A program made the translations under genes and the position numbers. DNA of 64,000 nucleotides from Candidatus Fermentibacteraceae bacterium (GTDB lineage: Bacteria; Fermentibacterota; Fermentibacteria; Fermentibacterales; JCC-6), in the NCBI GenBank assembly GCA_041750285.1, contig JBGSZS010000004.1, positions 64,001 to 128,000 on the forward strand, read 5' to 3'. The notes below the pieces were generated by a model. That model was given only the letters and a program-made list of their open reading frames with translations, was not told where the DNA came from and made no database searches. Numbering within the stretch: the first letter of the stretch is position 1; each line of letters starts with the position of its first letter. This document shows positions 9,741-21,500 of the stretch, piece after piece.

Positions 9741-10610
9741 ATGACCGAAGGGCCACCGATCGTTGTCGAACACCTTGTGCGAACCTTTCAGGTAAAGGCG
9801 GGGCTCGCCAGGGTCGAGGCGGTGAAGGACGTCAGCTTCAATCTCGAACCCGGTGAGATACTTGGCTTTCTGGGACACAACGGCGCCGGGAAGACGACAA
9901 CCATGAAATGCGTCCTGGGGCTTCTCCACCCCACTTCCGGCAGGGCGAGGGTATGGGGGTTGCCCCCCGGAAGCGCAGGCGCCAGGGCAAGGCTCGGGTA
10001 CGTGCCCGAAAACCCCGACTACGATCAGAGCTTCTCGAGCCTCGAACTGCTTCGGGCTTTCGCGGGAATGCGCGGCCTCGGGGGAACCGAAGCCGACTGG
10101 AGAAAACTGCTCGAACGGGTCGGACTTCGCGGCTGGGAGACCATGAGGCTCAAGAACTACTCCAAGGGAATGCGCCAGCGGCTCAGCCTTGCCCTTGCGC
10201 TGCAGTCGAAACCGGGGCTCCTCGTACTCGACGAGCCCACGGGAGGCCTCGACCCCATCGCAAGGAAGGAGTTCCGCGACATCATCCTCGAGGAGAACGC
10301 AAGGGGAGCTTCGATCTTCCTCTCATCGCACCTTCTCAGTGAGGTTGAAAGCGTCTGCAACCGGGTGATCATCCTCAACCGTGGAACGGTGGTTCGCACC
10401 GGAACCCTCGAGGAACTTCTGGGCGGAGAGGAAACCCACAGGGTCTCCTACCTCGAGGACCGGACGGCCAGAGAGGTCACAGTTCCTTCGGACGCACTGC
10501 AGAACACGATCGACATGCTGCGCGCCAAGGGGTTCCCGGTAACGGGCGTCGAGAGATCATGGAAGAGCCTCGAAGAGGTTTTCCTGTCCGCGACGGGGGC
10601 ACGGTCATGA
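9741..10610 (+). CDS. ABC transporter ATP-binding protein (ABC-2/PilH-like)
   Basis: Walker A GHNGAGKTT, signature YSKGMRQR, Walker B LVLDEP, SSH switch. Confidence 0.92.
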   Translation: MTEGPPIVVEHLVRTFQVKAGLARVEAVKDVSFNLEPGEILGFLGHNGAGKTTTMKCVLGLLHPTSGRARVWGLPPGSAGARARLGYVPENPDYDQSFSSLELLRAFAGMRGLGGTEADWRKLLERVGLRGWETMRLKNYSKGMRQRLSLALALQSKPGLLVLDEPTGGLDPIARKEFRDIILEENARGASIFLSSHLLSEVESVCNRVIILNRGTVVRTGTLEELLGGEETHRVSYLEDRTAREVTVPSDALQNTIDMLRAKGFPVTGVERSWKSLEEVFLSATGARS

Positions 10611-11362
10611 AGGGTGTTCTCGTTTTCAGCGTCATGACCCTCCGGATGCTCTTCCGGAAGAGGACGCCCTGGGGGATACTGATAGGCGTTCTTCTGGCAC
10701 TTTTCGCCATCGCCCAGGTTCCAAGCTTCTCCGTCGGGAACCAGGGCAGGTTCATACTGGATTTCGGCCTTTTCGGAATAGAGCTGGGCGCCCTTGTCCT
10801 TGCCCTGGGTCTTGCTGCGAACCTGTTCCCGCAGGACCGTGAACAGCGCACCGTGATGCCCCTCGTGGCGGTCCCGCTCTCCCGCTGGCAGTACCTGCTG
10901 GGACGTTTCCTGGGCGCTGCGATGGTTCAGGCATCCGCTCTTCTCGTCAGCTGCGCGGGACTTGTCGTGATCCTCCTGATCCGGGGGATTCGGGTCCCGG
11001 GAGACATACTCCCCGCCACGGTCCTGATCGTGTCCGAGGGATGGTTCCTCCTGGCAACGGTGTTCTTCTTCAGCTTCTTCACAAGCCCACCGCTGAACTG
11101 GCCCCTCACGACGATCCTGTTCGTGCTCAGCCAGATGAGCGTGCGGGACTTCGTGGGCCTCGCCCCGTCGAGCCCCGACCTCATGCGCGGCCTGAGGCTT
11201 CTTCTTCCCCACGCCGATGTGTTCCACATAAAGGACCCCCTGGCCCACGGTTTCGACGTGGCCCCGCAGTTCTTCGCTCTGGCTGTTTTCTACGGGCTCT
11301 GCTACACGGCGTTCATGCTCAGTCTGGCCCTGGCCGTCTTCCGGGGAAGGGACCTGAAGTGA
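10607..11362 (+). CDS. ABC-2 type permease (PilI/NosY-like)
   Basis: Multi-TM; DREQRTVMPLVAVPLSRWQYLLGRFLG motif; C-terminal FRGRDLK; ATGA overlap with the ATPase. Confidence 0.85.
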   Translation: MKGVLVFSVMTLRMLFRKRTPWGILIGVLLALFAIAQVPSFSVGNQGRFILDFGLFGIELGALVLALGLAANLFPQDREQRTVMPLVAVPLSRWQYLLGRFLGAAMVQASALLVSCAGLVVILLIRGIRVPGDILPATVLIVSEGWFLLATVFFFSFFTSPPLNWPLTTILFVLSQMSVRDFVGLAPSSPDLMRGLRLLLPHADVFHIKDPLAHGFDVAPQFFALAVFYGLCYTAFMLSLALAVFRGRDLK

Positions 11363-11637
11363 GGGCCCTTCCCCTGCTTGTCCTCGTGCTTCTCTGCGGC
11401 TGCAGCCTGAACTCCGACCCCGTCGACAACGCCCCCCACGAAGTCCTTGGGGAGGAATGCGACCTTGACCACGAACACCGGCAGCACGAGGCCGGACACG
11501 CATGCAGTGAAACCCGCTGGTTCTTCACGCAGCCCTGGGCCGCCAGATGGTACTGGGACAAGCTGCTGAGGGATGGCTTCGTTCTTCTGGCACTCGCGGC
11601 GGCTGTTACGCTGCTTTCCCGCAGGAGGGGCTCATGA
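11359..11637 (+). CDS. Small His/Cys-rich lipoprotein with a C-terminal TM helix
   Basis: GTG overlapping the permease stop; lipobox LLCGC; HEVLGEECDLDHEHRQHEAGHAC; C-terminal hydrophobic helix followed by RRR; stop overlaps the next ATG. Confidence 0.65.
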   Translation: MRALPLLVLVLLCGCSLNSDPVDNAPHEVLGEECDLDHEHRQHEAGHACSETRWFFTQPWAARWYWDKLLRDGFVLLALAAAVTLLSRRRGS

Positions 11638-12329
11638 GGCACGGAGAGCGCCTCGTTCCCCTGGGTGCCGCTGCGGTCTTCCTGGCCCTTGCCTTCACGA
11701 GCGGCAATGCCGTGAGGGATGAGCACAGGGCCGACATCTCCGGGAACCTGAGAACGATCGGCTCGGGGATCGACAGACTGAGGCGCGTTGCCGCGTCAGC
11801 ACTCTACCTTCAGATGGACGACTACCACCATATAGGGATGTACCAGGGGCAATCATGGGCCACCATTACCGACTACCTGCCCCAGGCCTGGCTGGTCTCC
11901 AGGCTCGACCCGGGCTTCTCCGTGGTCTTCGTGGACGCCGCGAACCATCTGGCCGTAAATCTGGGCATGGTGGAAGAGGGGCTGGAACTGGCCAGGGAGG
12001 GTATCAGGCACAACCCCGACAGCCTCGACATTGCCTTTGAATACGCCTTCCTCCTCTTCGAGACGGGCGCGGGAAGCAGTCGTGAAACCGTTCTGGCGGT
12101 GATGCATTACCACGAGCTTCTCAGGTTGGGCAACGGCGACAGGTCCGGCCCGTTCAGGGAATCGTCGGCCTCCCGCATCGCTTCCGAGGCCCTTTCCACT
12201 ACAATGCCTGATTTCAGCGAGCTGTATGCAAGGAGGGCCGGGTTCCTGTCCATGGCCCTCCGGTCAGGGCTATACTACCCGGGATACATGAGCGAGTCAC
12301 CGGAGCATTCGAACGGAGGCGATCAATGA
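11634..12329 (+). CDS. Membrane-anchored TPR-like protein (PilG-like partner of ABC-2 systems)
   Basis: N-terminal TM; LYLQMDDYHH, LVSRLDP.F and ELAREGIRHNPDS TPR-like helices. Confidence 0.6.
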   Translation: MRHGERLVPLGAAAVFLALAFTSGNAVRDEHRADISGNLRTIGSGIDRLRRVAASALYLQMDDYHHIGMYQGQSWATITDYLPQAWLVSRLDPGFSVVFVDAANHLAVNLGMVEEGLELAREGIRHNPDSLDIAFEYAFLLFETGAGSSRETVLAVMHYHELLRLGNGDRSGPFRESSASRIASEALSTTMPDFSELYARRAGFLSMALRSGLYYPGYMSESPEHSNGGDQ

Positions 12330-12832
12330 CTTACACGATGCCGATGGATCTCACGGCCAAGATCATCTGGTACTGCACTCCGGTGGATGTGGAAGAGGGG
12401 GATGTGATCCTCAGGCGGGGGGACACCTCGACCGACCTCTACATCATCACCAGGGGAAAATTCAGGGTCTATGACGATTCACGCAACGAGGATTTCCTGC
12501 TCGCCATGCTTGAACGGGGCAGCGTGTTCGGCGAAATGGCATTCCTTGACGGGCTTCCCCGTTCGGCCACCATAGAGGCTTGCACGGCGGGAAGCCTTCT
12601 GCGGCTGGGTGAGCAGGAATTCAACAGGATGACCATCAAGGCCCCCGAGACTTCCGTGAAGTTCCTCAGGGCTCTTTCGGGAATAGTCTGCAGAAGGCTC
12701 AGGGTGATGAACGATGCCCTGGCGGGAGTTGCCTTCAGCAGCGGTCCCATGTCGCCCGAAGAGGAACAGGAACTGCTTGACACGATCCGCGCCATGCACC
12801 ATTCCGTGAAGGTCGAACTCTCGGACGAGTGA
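12326..12832 (+). CDS. Stand-alone cyclic-nucleotide-binding domain protein
   Basis: GDVILRRGD...LYII..G and FGEMAFLDGLPRSATIEA phosphate-binding cassette; no HTH seen. Confidence 0.88.
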   Translation: MTYTMPMDLTAKIIWYCTPVDVEEGDVILRRGDTSTDLYIITRGKFRVYDDSRNEDFLLAMLERGSVFGEMAFLDGLPRSATIEACTAGSLLRLGEQEFNRMTIKAPETSVKFLRALSGIVCRRLRVMNDALAGVAFSSGPMSPEEEQELLDTIRAMHHSVKVELSDE

Positions 12833-12838
12833 CCTTTC

Positions 12839-13153
12839 CTACGGTTCGTCCCGATGGATGGGTTCCACAACCCAGATGAAGTGATTGCATTCGGACAGCG
12901 GGATTCTCTCGAGCGTGTAGTTCCGCCATTCACTGTCCTGTATTCGGAGATCGTACCATCCCCTGGTGACCTGGAAGATCAGTGAGCTGTCGGGAAGAAG
13001 CACCGACATGCTCAGCATGTCGACCCACTTTTCCCGCCCCGCCTCGGTTATCCAGATGAAATAGAGCTCGAGGTCGGTGCCGTTCTTTATCTCAACGGTG
13101 GCCGCCGTCACCCCGAGGGACAGGACAAGGATCATCAGGACTGCTTGCTTCAT
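12839..13153 (-). CDS. Small secreted beta-rich protein
   Basis: Signal peptide MKQAVLMILVLSLGVTA; resembles the repeated domain of 31051-31668. Confidence 0.65.
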   Translation of the reverse strand: MKQAVLMILVLSLGVTAATVEIKNGTDLELYFIWITEAGREKWVDMLSMSVLLPDSSLIFQVTRGWYDLRIQDSEWRNYTLERIPLSECNHFIWVVEPIHRDEP

Positions 13154-13187
13154 TGTTACCTCACGGGGCTTTACCCGCTATAACCCT

Positions 13188-15290
13188 TTATGTTCCATCC
13201 ATTGACAGGCTGAGCCGGCGCCGCTCGAGGTCGACACCGATCACCTTGACCTCGACCCACTGACCCACCGTCACCACATCGGACGGGTTCCTCACGAACG
13301 ATGAGCTCATCCTGCTGATGTGCACGAGCCCGTCGGTGTGCACTCCCACGTCGACGAACGCCCCGAATCCCGTAACATTGGTGACGATGCCCGGAAGGAC
13401 CATTCCCTCTGTGATGTCGGGAAGATCGTGGACATCGGCGAAGCAGCGGGCCTCGAACTGCCGTCTGGGATCCCTTCCCGGTTTCTCCAGTTCCCGCATG
13501 ATGTCCGTCAGTGTGGGAAGACCCGCATCCCCGGTCATGTAGTCTTCAAGCCTGAGCGAAGCCCTCAGCTCACTGCGGGTCATCAGCCCCCTGACATCGG
13601 TGCCGAGGTCAGCCGCCATCCTGTTTACCAGGGCGTACCGCTCGGGATGGACGGCGCTGGCATCGAGCGGTTCCGGTCCGTCGCTTATCCGCAGGAAGCC
13701 GGCGCACTGCTGAAATGCCTTCGGACCCAGGCCTTGCACCGAGAGGAGCTGTTTCCTGGATGTGAACGGACCGTTCGCAGTACGTGCATCGACAACCGCT
13801 CTGGCAGTTTTCGGGCCAAGACCGGAGACGTAGGTCAGAAGTCTGGTGCTCGCCGTGTTCAGTTCGACCCCGACGGAATTCACGCACCGCATCACCGTGT
13901 CGTCCAGGTTCCGTTTCAGAAGAGCCGGATCCACATCGTGCTGGTACTGCCCCACCCCTATGCTTTCGGGGTCGATCTTTACCAGTTCCGCCAGGGGATC
14001 CTGAAGCCTTCTGCCAATGGAGACCGCCCCCCTTACAGTGAGGTCGAGGTCGGGAAACTCGTCACGGGCCTCCTTCGAGGCCGAGTAAACCGACGCGCCG
14101 CTCTCGCTCACCATCACCACCGTAGAACCGAGATCCAGACCCCGGATGAAGGCTTCGGTCTCGCGGCCGCCCGTTCCGTTGCCGACGGCAATGAACTCGG
14201 GACCGTAGACCTCCTGCATCCTCCTCAGCCTTGTTTCGGCCTCGGGTTTGCGGTGGAGCATGAACACGTCATGGTGAAGCAGGGCTCCCTGGGCGTCGAG
14301 GACCGCGACCTTGCACCCGGTCCGGAGGCCGGGATCGACGCCCATCACGCTCCTTCTGCCAAGCGGAGGCGACATCAGAAGGTTCTCGAGGTTCGCCGAG
14401 AACACCCTTACGGCCTCGAGGTCGGCGCGCTCCTTCGATGCCGCCCTGGCCTCGGTTTCCATCTGGGGGCCGAGAAGCCTGCGGAAGCCGTCGAGCAGGG
14501 CGTCGAGTATCTGCAGGGCTTCAGGTGTTCCCTCCGACCGGATGAACCTTTTACGGAGTATTCCCAGCGCCTTCTCCTCCGGAACCGTCACGGACAGGTT
14601 GAGGAAGAGCTCCTTCTCGCCGCGGCGCATGGCGAGGACCCTGTGGGATGGTGCCTTGGCCACCGGCTCGCTCCAGGCGAACCAGTCCCGGTACTTGCTG
14701 CCCGCGGCTTCCTTTCCCGGGATCACCCTGCACGAAAAGGCGCCCTCGCGTGAGAAGAGCCTTCTGACTGCCTCACGGGTCTCGAGGTCTTCACAGGAGA
14801 CCTGCGCGATTATGTCCCGGGCGCCCTCCAGAGCTTCCCCGGGACCGTTCACGCCCTTTTCGGGATCGACGAATTCCCGGGCGTACTCAACAGGGTCGCC
14901 CCCGCGCTGTTCGAGGATGCGTTCGGCAAGGGGCCGGAGCCCCTTCTCCTCGGCGATGGTGGCCCTGTTCCGCCGTTTGGGGCGGAACGGCAGGTAGACA
15001 TCCTCGAGACGGGTGATGGTTTCGGCCTGCTCGACCGCTTCCTTCAGTTCCGGTGTGAGAAGCTCCCTCTCGGCAAGTGATCTGAGAATGGCTTCGCGCC
15101 TCGCGGCAAGGGCCCGGTAGGCGCCTGCCTGATCCCTCACCGCGGCGACTTCGACTTCGTCCAGGCCGCCCGACACCTCCTTGCGGTACCTTGCGATGAA
15201 AGGCACCGTGGCGCCCTGGTCGAGAAGGTCGACCACTGCCCTGACTGCCTTCTCGGGCAGATGAAGCGTTTTGGCGAGACTGGCGTACAT
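13188..15290 (-). CDS. tex: Tex family RNA-binding transcriptional accessory protein
   Basis: [41 protein letters not shown]-terminal S1 domain; start reassigned to MYASLAK. Confidence 0.95.
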   Translation of the reverse strand: MYASLAKTLHLPEKAVRAVVDLLDQGATVPFIARYRKEVSGGLDEVEVAAVRDQAGAYRALAARREAILRSLAERELLTPELKEAVEQAETITRLEDVYLPFRPKRRNRATIAEEKGLRPLAERILEQRGGDPVEYAREFVDPEKGVNGPGEALEGARDIIAQVSCEDLETREAVRRLFSREGAFSCRVIPGKEAAGSKYRDWFAWSEPVAKAPSHRVLAMRRGEKELFLNLSVTVPEEKALGILRKRFIRSEGTPEALQILDALLDGFRRLLGPQMETEARAASKERADLEAVRVFSANLENLLMSPPLGRRSVMGVDPGLRTGCKVAVLDAQGALLHHDVFMLHRKPEAETRLRRMQEVYGPEFIAVGNGTGGRETEAFIRGLDLGSTVVMVSESGASVYSASKEARDEFPDLDLTVRGAVSIGRRLQDPLAELVKIDPESIGVGQYQHDVDPALLKRNLDDTVMRCVNSVGVELNTASTRLLTYVSGLGPKTARAVVDARTANGPFTSRKQLLSVQGLGPKAFQQCAGFLRISDGPEPLDASAVHPERYALVNRMAADLGTDVRGLMTRSELRASLRLEDYMTGDAGLPTLTDIMRELEKPGRDPRRQFEARCFADVHDLPDITEGMVLPGIVTNVTGFGAFVDVGVHTDGLVHISRMSSSFVRNPSDVVTVGQWVEVKVIGVDLERRRLSLSMDGT

Positions 15291-15388
15291 GGCGGCAATA
15301 TATGATGCGCCGGGCAAAGGGGCTTGCGGGGGGTGTATATTACGGGCCGTTTGACATTTGCTGTATTCCCCCACGCTTTGGAGACCAA

Positions 15389-17473
15389 ATGAGCAGGCAG
15401 TTCCCCCTGGAAAGGCTTCGAAACATAGGCATCATGGCCCACATCGACGCAGGCAAGACAACCGTCTCCGAGCGCATCCTCTTCTACACCGGAAGGTCCA
15501 GCAGGATCGGAGAGGTTCACGACGGCGCGGCCACGATGGACTGGATGGAACAGGAGCAGGAGAGGGGAATAACGATAACCAGCGCCGCCACCACCACGGT
15601 ATGGAAGGACCACCAGATAAACCTGATCGACACACCGGGACACGTGGACTTCACCGTGGAGGTCGAGCGCAGCCTGAGGGTGCTTGACGGAGCCATCGCA
15701 CTGTTCTGCGGCGTGGGCGGAGTGGAACCCCAGAGCGAGACGGTCTGGCGGCAGGCCGACAGGTACGGCGTGCCCCGCATAGCCTTCGTAAACAAGATGG
15801 ACAGGTCGGGTGCCGACTTCTACGGGGTCCTGCGCTCGCTTCATGCAAGGCTTGGCGCCAACGCGATACCCGTGACAATTCCGATAATCGGCGAAACGGG
15901 CCTCGAAGGGGTGGTCGACCTCGTCGACAATGTGGCCGTGTTCTACGACGAGCTTTCCAGCGGCATGAAATGGCGCGAGGCGCCGATACCGGAAAACATG
16001 CGGGAGTCCGCTGAGAGGCAGCGGCTGATCCTGGTGGAGAAAGTCAGCGAAGTTGACGAAAGCCTGCTCGACAAGTACTGCGAAGGTTTACCCATAGGCC
16101 GTGAGGAGCTTTCACTAGCGATCAGGAAAGCCACCCACGCCCAGCTGGTCTGCCCTGTGCTCTGCGGAAGCGCCTACAAGAACAAGGGCATACAGCGGCT
16201 TCTGGACGCCGTGATCGCCTACCTTCCCAGCCCGCTCGACCTGCCCCCCGTGATAGGGACCGCCCCGGTTGACGGCACCGAGATCACCAGGGTGCCGAAG
16301 GATTCCGGACGTCTTGCCGCCCTGGCCTTCAAGGTGGCAACGGACAAACACACCGGAAAGCTGGTGTTCGTGCGGGTCTACAGCGGCACGCTCGAATCGG
16401 GAAGCTACGTGTACAACTCCACACGGAAGGTAAAGCAGCGTGTCGGCCGCATCCTGAGGATGCACGCCAACCGCCGTGAAGTCGTCGACTGCCTTTACTC
16501 GGGCGAGATCGGCGCTGTGATAGGTCTCTCCGAGACCGTGACGGGCGACACCCTTTCATGCTCCGACGATCCCATCGTACTCGAGGCCATTGAGTTCCCG
16601 GCGCCCGTCCTCAGTGTGGCACTTGCGACCGAAAAGAGGCAGGACCGTGACAGACTGACCGAGGCTTTGTCCAAGCTGTCCGAAGAGGACCCGACCTTCG
16701 TCGTCGAGACACAGGAGGAAACCGGGGAAACCCTTGTGAGCGGCATGGGCGAGCTTCACCTCGAGATCATCATCGACCGTCTGAAGAGGGAGTTCAGCGT
16801 CGAGACGGTAACCTCCCCACCCAGGGTGGCCTACCGGGAGACCATCACCGGCAGCACCGACTGGAACGAGAAGTTCGTGAAACAGACCGGCGGCAAGGGC
16901 CAGTACGCCCACATCATCTTCAAACTCGCCCCGCTCCCGGCGGGAAGCGGTTTCGAGTTCGAGAACAGGGTCGTTGGCGGCAACATCCCCAGAGAATACA
17001 TCCCGGCCGTCGAGAAGGGTGTGATAGACGCCATGAAAAGGGGTGTCTACGCGCGCTGCCCGGTTGTCGACGTCAAGTTCACCCTCATTGACGGAACCTT
17101 CCACACCGTCGACTCATCGGAAATGGCTTTCAGGACCTGCGCTTCCATGGCTTTCACGAAAGCCTTCCTCAAGTGCGCCCCCCAGATACTCGAGCCTGTG
17201 ATGGGGGTCACGGTCACGACCCCCGAGGATTACGCCGGCGGAGTCAGCGGGGGAATCTACGAGAAGAGGGGCATGATCACGGGCATGGACACCCGCGGCA
17301 CCTCAAAGGAGATCAGGGCGATGGTCCCGCTCAGCGAGATGTTCGGCTACGCCACCGACCTCAGGAACGCCACGCAGGGCAGGGCATCGTTCTCAATGCA
17401 GTTCGAGCATTACGAACCCGTCCCCATGAGCGTCGCAGAAGAGATCGTAAAGCGCGCGAAGCGGGGGGACTAG
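15389..17473 (+). CDS. fusA: Elongation factor G
   Basis: [49 protein letters not shown]. Confidence 0.97.
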   Translation: MSRQFPLERLRNIGIMAHIDAGKTTVSERILFYTGRSSRIGEVHDGAATMDWMEQEQERGITITSAATTTVWKDHQINLIDTPGHVDFTVEVERSLRVLDGAIALFCGVGGVEPQSETVWRQADRYGVPRIAFVNKMDRSGADFYGVLRSLHARLGANAIPVTIPIIGETGLEGVVDLVDNVAVFYDELSSGMKWREAPIPENMRESAERQRLILVEKVSEVDESLLDKYCEGLPIGREELSLAIRKATHAQLVCPVLCGSAYKNKGIQRLLDAVIAYLPSPLDLPPVIGTAPVDGTEITRVPKDSGRLAALAFKVATDKHTGKLVFVRVYSGTLESGSYVYNSTRKVKQRVGRILRMHANRREVVDCLYSGEIGAVIGLSETVTGDTLSCSDDPIVLEAIEFPAPVLSVALATEKRQDRDRLTEALSKLSEEDPTFVVETQEETGETLVSGMGELHLEIIIDRLKREFSVETVTSPPRVAYRETITGSTDWNEKFVKQTGGKGQYAHIIFKLAPLPAGSGFEFENRVVGGNIPREYIPAVEKGVIDAMKRGVYARCPVVDVKFTLIDGTFHTVDSSEMAFRTCASMAFTKAFLKCAPQILEPVMGVTVTTPEDYAGGVSGGIYEKRGMITGMDTRGTSKEIRAMVPLSEMFGYATDLRNATQGRASFSMQFEHYEPVPMSVAEEIVKRAKRGD

Positions 17474-18453
17474 CCGGTAACGGCCCAGACCGCGACGTCG
17501 AGGAACTCGCCGTTCTTTTCGTGGTAACCCTTCAAGAGGCCTTCCCTGGTCATGCCCGCCTTTTCCAGCACCCTTCCGCTCGCGGGATTGTCAGGGAAGT
17601 GCAATGCGAACACCCGATGCATCCCCATCACTTCCCTGGCAAAGGCTATCAGCCTTTTCACTGCCTCGGTACAGTAACCCCTGTTCCAGCGGGACGGCGT
17701 GATCCAGTAACCGATCTCGGCTGACCCTTTTCGGCTCGGGGAGATACCGGCGCAGCCCACGATGAGACCGGTCTCCTTCTCCACCACCGCGAAGACGCCA
17801 CCCGCTTCCCCCAGGAAGTCGTCGGACCTTCCGTTTACGAAGGAGATCGCGTCTTCCATGGTGTACGGGCTGGGAATGCCCGCAGTGCCCCTGGCTACCT
17901 GCTCGTGGTCTGCGGCCTCCCTGAGCATGGCTTCATCACCCTTCGAAAGCCCCCTTAGAATGAGCCTCGGGGTCTCCAGGACAGGCTTTTCCCGGCACGC
18001 GGGGTTCCTCTTCATCGTCATCCCTGTTATCCTCACCCGGAACACGCACGTCATCTCCAGGGACCTGTCGGACACCTCCTGAGTGGAGCCGGAGAAGCTT
18101 TTAAGAAGGATTGCCATTCCCTGCCTCTTCTCCTCCACCGTCTCAAGGAACTCCACCCCGCCTTCGCCGATCACGCTCTCGTAGTGGATGTCATCAGTGC
18201 CAACCACCGATATGATCCGGCTCATGCCGAACACCACGGAGGGGCTCCCTCGCATCATGTCGATCTTTTCCCCCTCGAGCGCGCTGTGGAAGTAAAGGCA
18301 GCCCCCGGAATAGCCGTAACACATTGGAACCAGCCTCATCCTGCCTTCGGCGCTTATCGCCAGCGTGCAGGTCCTGAACCTTCCAAGCGCCCTGATGATC
18401 TCTTCGGGATCGGTGATCTCCCTGTCCGTGCGTCTCACTCTTTCCTTCTCCAA
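17470..18453 (-). CDS. Fusion: pyridoxamine 5'-phosphate oxidase-like (NimA-type) domain plus RimJ/RimL GNAT
   Basis: N-half RRTDREI...VPMCYG...[11 protein letters not shown]...YESVIG.G; C-half LETPRLILR...EIGYWI...WNRGY.TEA...[11 protein letters not shown]. Confidence 0.85.
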   Translation of the reverse strand: MEKERVRRTDREITDPEEIIRALGRFRTCTLAISAEGRMRLVPMCYGYSGGCLYFHSALEGEKIDMMRGSPSVVFGMSRIISVVGTDDIHYESVIGEGGVEFLETVEEKRQGMAILLKSFSGSTQEVSDRSLEMTCVFRVRITGMTMKRNPACREKPVLETPRLILRGLSKGDEAMLREAADHEQVARGTAGIPSPYTMEDAISFVNGRSDDFLGEAGGVFAVVEKETGLIVGCAGISPSRKGSAEIGYWITPSRWNRGYCTEAVKRLIAFAREVMGMHRVFALHFPDNPASGRVLEKAGMTREGLLKGYHEKNGEFLDVAVWAVTG

Positions 18454-18524
18454 CCTTTTTCTGCATTATCAATACACAAAGTTCTGCGGGAGATTAATAT
18501 GCAACCAACAAGGAGTACAATCCC

Positions 18525-21500
18525 ATGATCGCACTGCTGGTCTTCTGCCTTGCGGCCGGTTCAGTGAGCGTAACCGTCCCCGTCGAGTCGCTGGTGCATG
18601 ACGAGGTTCTGGCCGACACCCCGGACGGGGTTTCGGTCAGGGTTTCAGATGGTCTTCCCGGGTGCATCCCCGGGGTCCCCGACCTTCCCGCGGTCCCCTG
18701 GACGTTTTCACTGCCGGACGGCGAATCCGCGGTTTCGGTCGGCGTCGGCAGGGCTGAGTGGATCACGGTGTCCATGGGCCGGCCGGTCCGTCCGATGGCT
18801 GCGCCGACCCCGCTCATCTCACCCGCTTCCGACTCCCCCGTCCCCGATCCCGCAGTCTACGGCATGTCGGGCTTCTGGCCCGGCTCCCCCGTGAGGCTTG
18901 CCGGCACTTCGATCCGGGACGGTGAATACACGGCAGAGGTGCTTGTCTTTCCCCACCGCTACGATCCGGCGACAGGAGAGCTGCAAAGACTTGTGGGGCT
19001 TGAACTCTCGGTTGTCACCGAAAGGTCCGGCCGCGCACCGTCGGCACCCCGCGATGAAGGATCCCTTCGAATGCTGATCGTGACAGTCCCCTCCCTGCAG
19101 GGGATCTTCGGCCAGCTTGCCCAGCGCCGCCACAGTGAGGGCATCCTTACCGAAGTAGTTACCATGGACCAGGTTCTCGCCGCCGCTGACGGCAGGGATG
19201 ATGCCGAGGCCCTCAGGAACTACATCATAGCCTACAGGCAGCTTCACGGGCTCGACTACGTGCTGCTCGGGGGCGACACCGATCTGGTTCCCTTCAGGTA
19301 CGCCTTTGCCATGGAATGCCAGGCCGGGTTCCACCCCAGGGAGGACAGCCTCCCGTGCGACCTTTACTTCTCCGATCTCGACGGTGACTGGGACGCCAAC
19401 CAGAACGACCTGTTCGGCGAGATCGAGGACGACGTCGACCTCTACCCCGATGTCTGGGTGGGGCGTGTCACGGTCGAAGACGCATCCGAGGCCCAGGCGT
19501 GGTACGACAAGCTCGTGTCATACGAAGACTGCCTGCAGGCCGGCCACCTTCAGGACGTCCTGTTCCTTGCCGAGGTGCTCTGGAACAACCCCTTCACCGA
19601 CGGCGGGGTGAGCAAGAACATGATACAGCAGCTCTGTCTGCCCGGGTTCATGAACGTCACGAAGCTTTATCAGACGCTTGGAAACCTGAACTCCGCGACC
19701 GTAATGAACGCCATGAACGCCGGGACCAACCTGCTCAACCACAACGGACATGCCTGGTACAACGGCATGAGCATCGGCAACGGCGGCTCGATAAGCGCGT
19801 CGTTCCTCAACTCCGTCGACTCCGACGGCAGGTTCTCGGCCCTCTTCTACTCCATCGGCTGCTGGAGCGCGGCCTTCGACTTCGATGCGGTGGCCGAGTA
19901 CTTCCTTACCAGCCCCCAGGGCTGCGGGGTCTCGTTCATCGGCAACTCCAGCTATGGATGGGGTTCTCCGGGCAACCCTGCCTACGGCTACTCCGACATA
20001 CTTGACAGGTACTTCTTCCAGATGCTCTACCAGGACAGGAACGCCCGGATCGGCCAGGTCCTGGCCATGTCCAAGGACTTCTACATACCCTACGGCAGAT
20101 GGGAGAACGTCTACCGCTGGCATCTGTACCAGGTGAACCTGCTGGGAGACCCCTCGTTCCGGCCCTACCGCAAGATCCCCGCAACCCCGCTGCTTGGCTT
20201 CCCGGAGTTCGTCACCGTGAATACGTCCAGCTTCCCCGTGCAGGTGTCGGGGTGCGCTGCCGAAGGGCTCCTCCTCTGCGTTCATGATCAGGGCGACAAC
20301 CACTTCACCGACACGCTCGACGCTTCGGGTTACCACTCCTTCACGTTCACGACCCCCCCCCAGGGCGATGTGTCGGTAACCGTCACCGGAAGCGGGATAA
20401 GGCGCACCTCGCTCACTTCCCCCCAGGCGGACGGCCCCGTGCCGGTGGTCTCCGGTTTCTCAATTGAGGACACGGGGGGCGACGGTTTCGCATCTCCGGG
20501 CGACATGGTCGAGCTCACCCTCACCCTCGCCAACCAGGGCAACGAACCCCTTTCCGGAATCTCCCTTCAGGCAGAGCTTGTCTCAGGCCCGGCATCGCTT
20601 CTGTCGGGTGGGATGACATTTCCCGACCTTGCGCCCGGAGCATCCTCGGCCGGTTCGGAACCCATCGCCTGCTCGATCGACCCGTCCGCCCTGAACAACC
20701 AGTCCGTGAGCTTCCTTTTGACCGTGACGTCCCAGCAGGGGACATGGGAACTCCCGCTCACCCTCCTCGTACACGCGCCGGGCCTCTACTTCGCCACCTA
20801 CGCGGTCGATGACGGCGGGGACATGATACCCGAGCCGGGTGAGACCTTCTCGCTCATTCTCTCCATCGCGAACACCGGCCTGCTCGACGCCCCCGATGCC
20901 ACCGCAACCATGACATCCTGCCCGTCATGGGTTTCGTTCACCCCCGACACCGCGTACTGCGCAATGGTTCCGGCGGGTTCCACCGGCAGTTTCCAGTTCC
21001 AGTGCACGCTGAACCCCGACGCACCCTCACCTTCGTTCCCCTGGCTTCATCTCCTGCTGGAAACACCCTCGACAGGCTACGGCAGGGCCGACTCGCTGCG
21101 TCTCACCATCGGAGAGACAGGCATCATGCACGACGCCGAGGCCGGTCCGCAGGGATGGGACCACGGGGGGACCGGCGACATGTGGCGGATGACCGAACTA
21201 CAGAGCCACTCCCCTTCGCACAGCTGGCAGTGCGGGAATGATCAGGGCTACCAGAACGGAATGGACTGCTGGCTCCAGAGCCCCGGTATGTACCTTGCCC
21301 CGAACTCGAGCCTCAGCTTCTGGACAACGTTCGACGTTGCCCTCTACGGCTCGGACGGCCTCTACCCCGTGCTTCTGAACCTGACGGCCGGCACAGCCGA
21401 CACACTGGACTTCATAGGTTCCGGAGGGGCCCTCTACGGCCCCGGGCGCGGCATGGGCACGGGATGGGTTTCATTCAGCTACGACCTCTCGTTCGCTGAT

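Noticed and set aside
13320..14753. 477-aa plus-strand ORF
   Set aside because: Antisense to tex.
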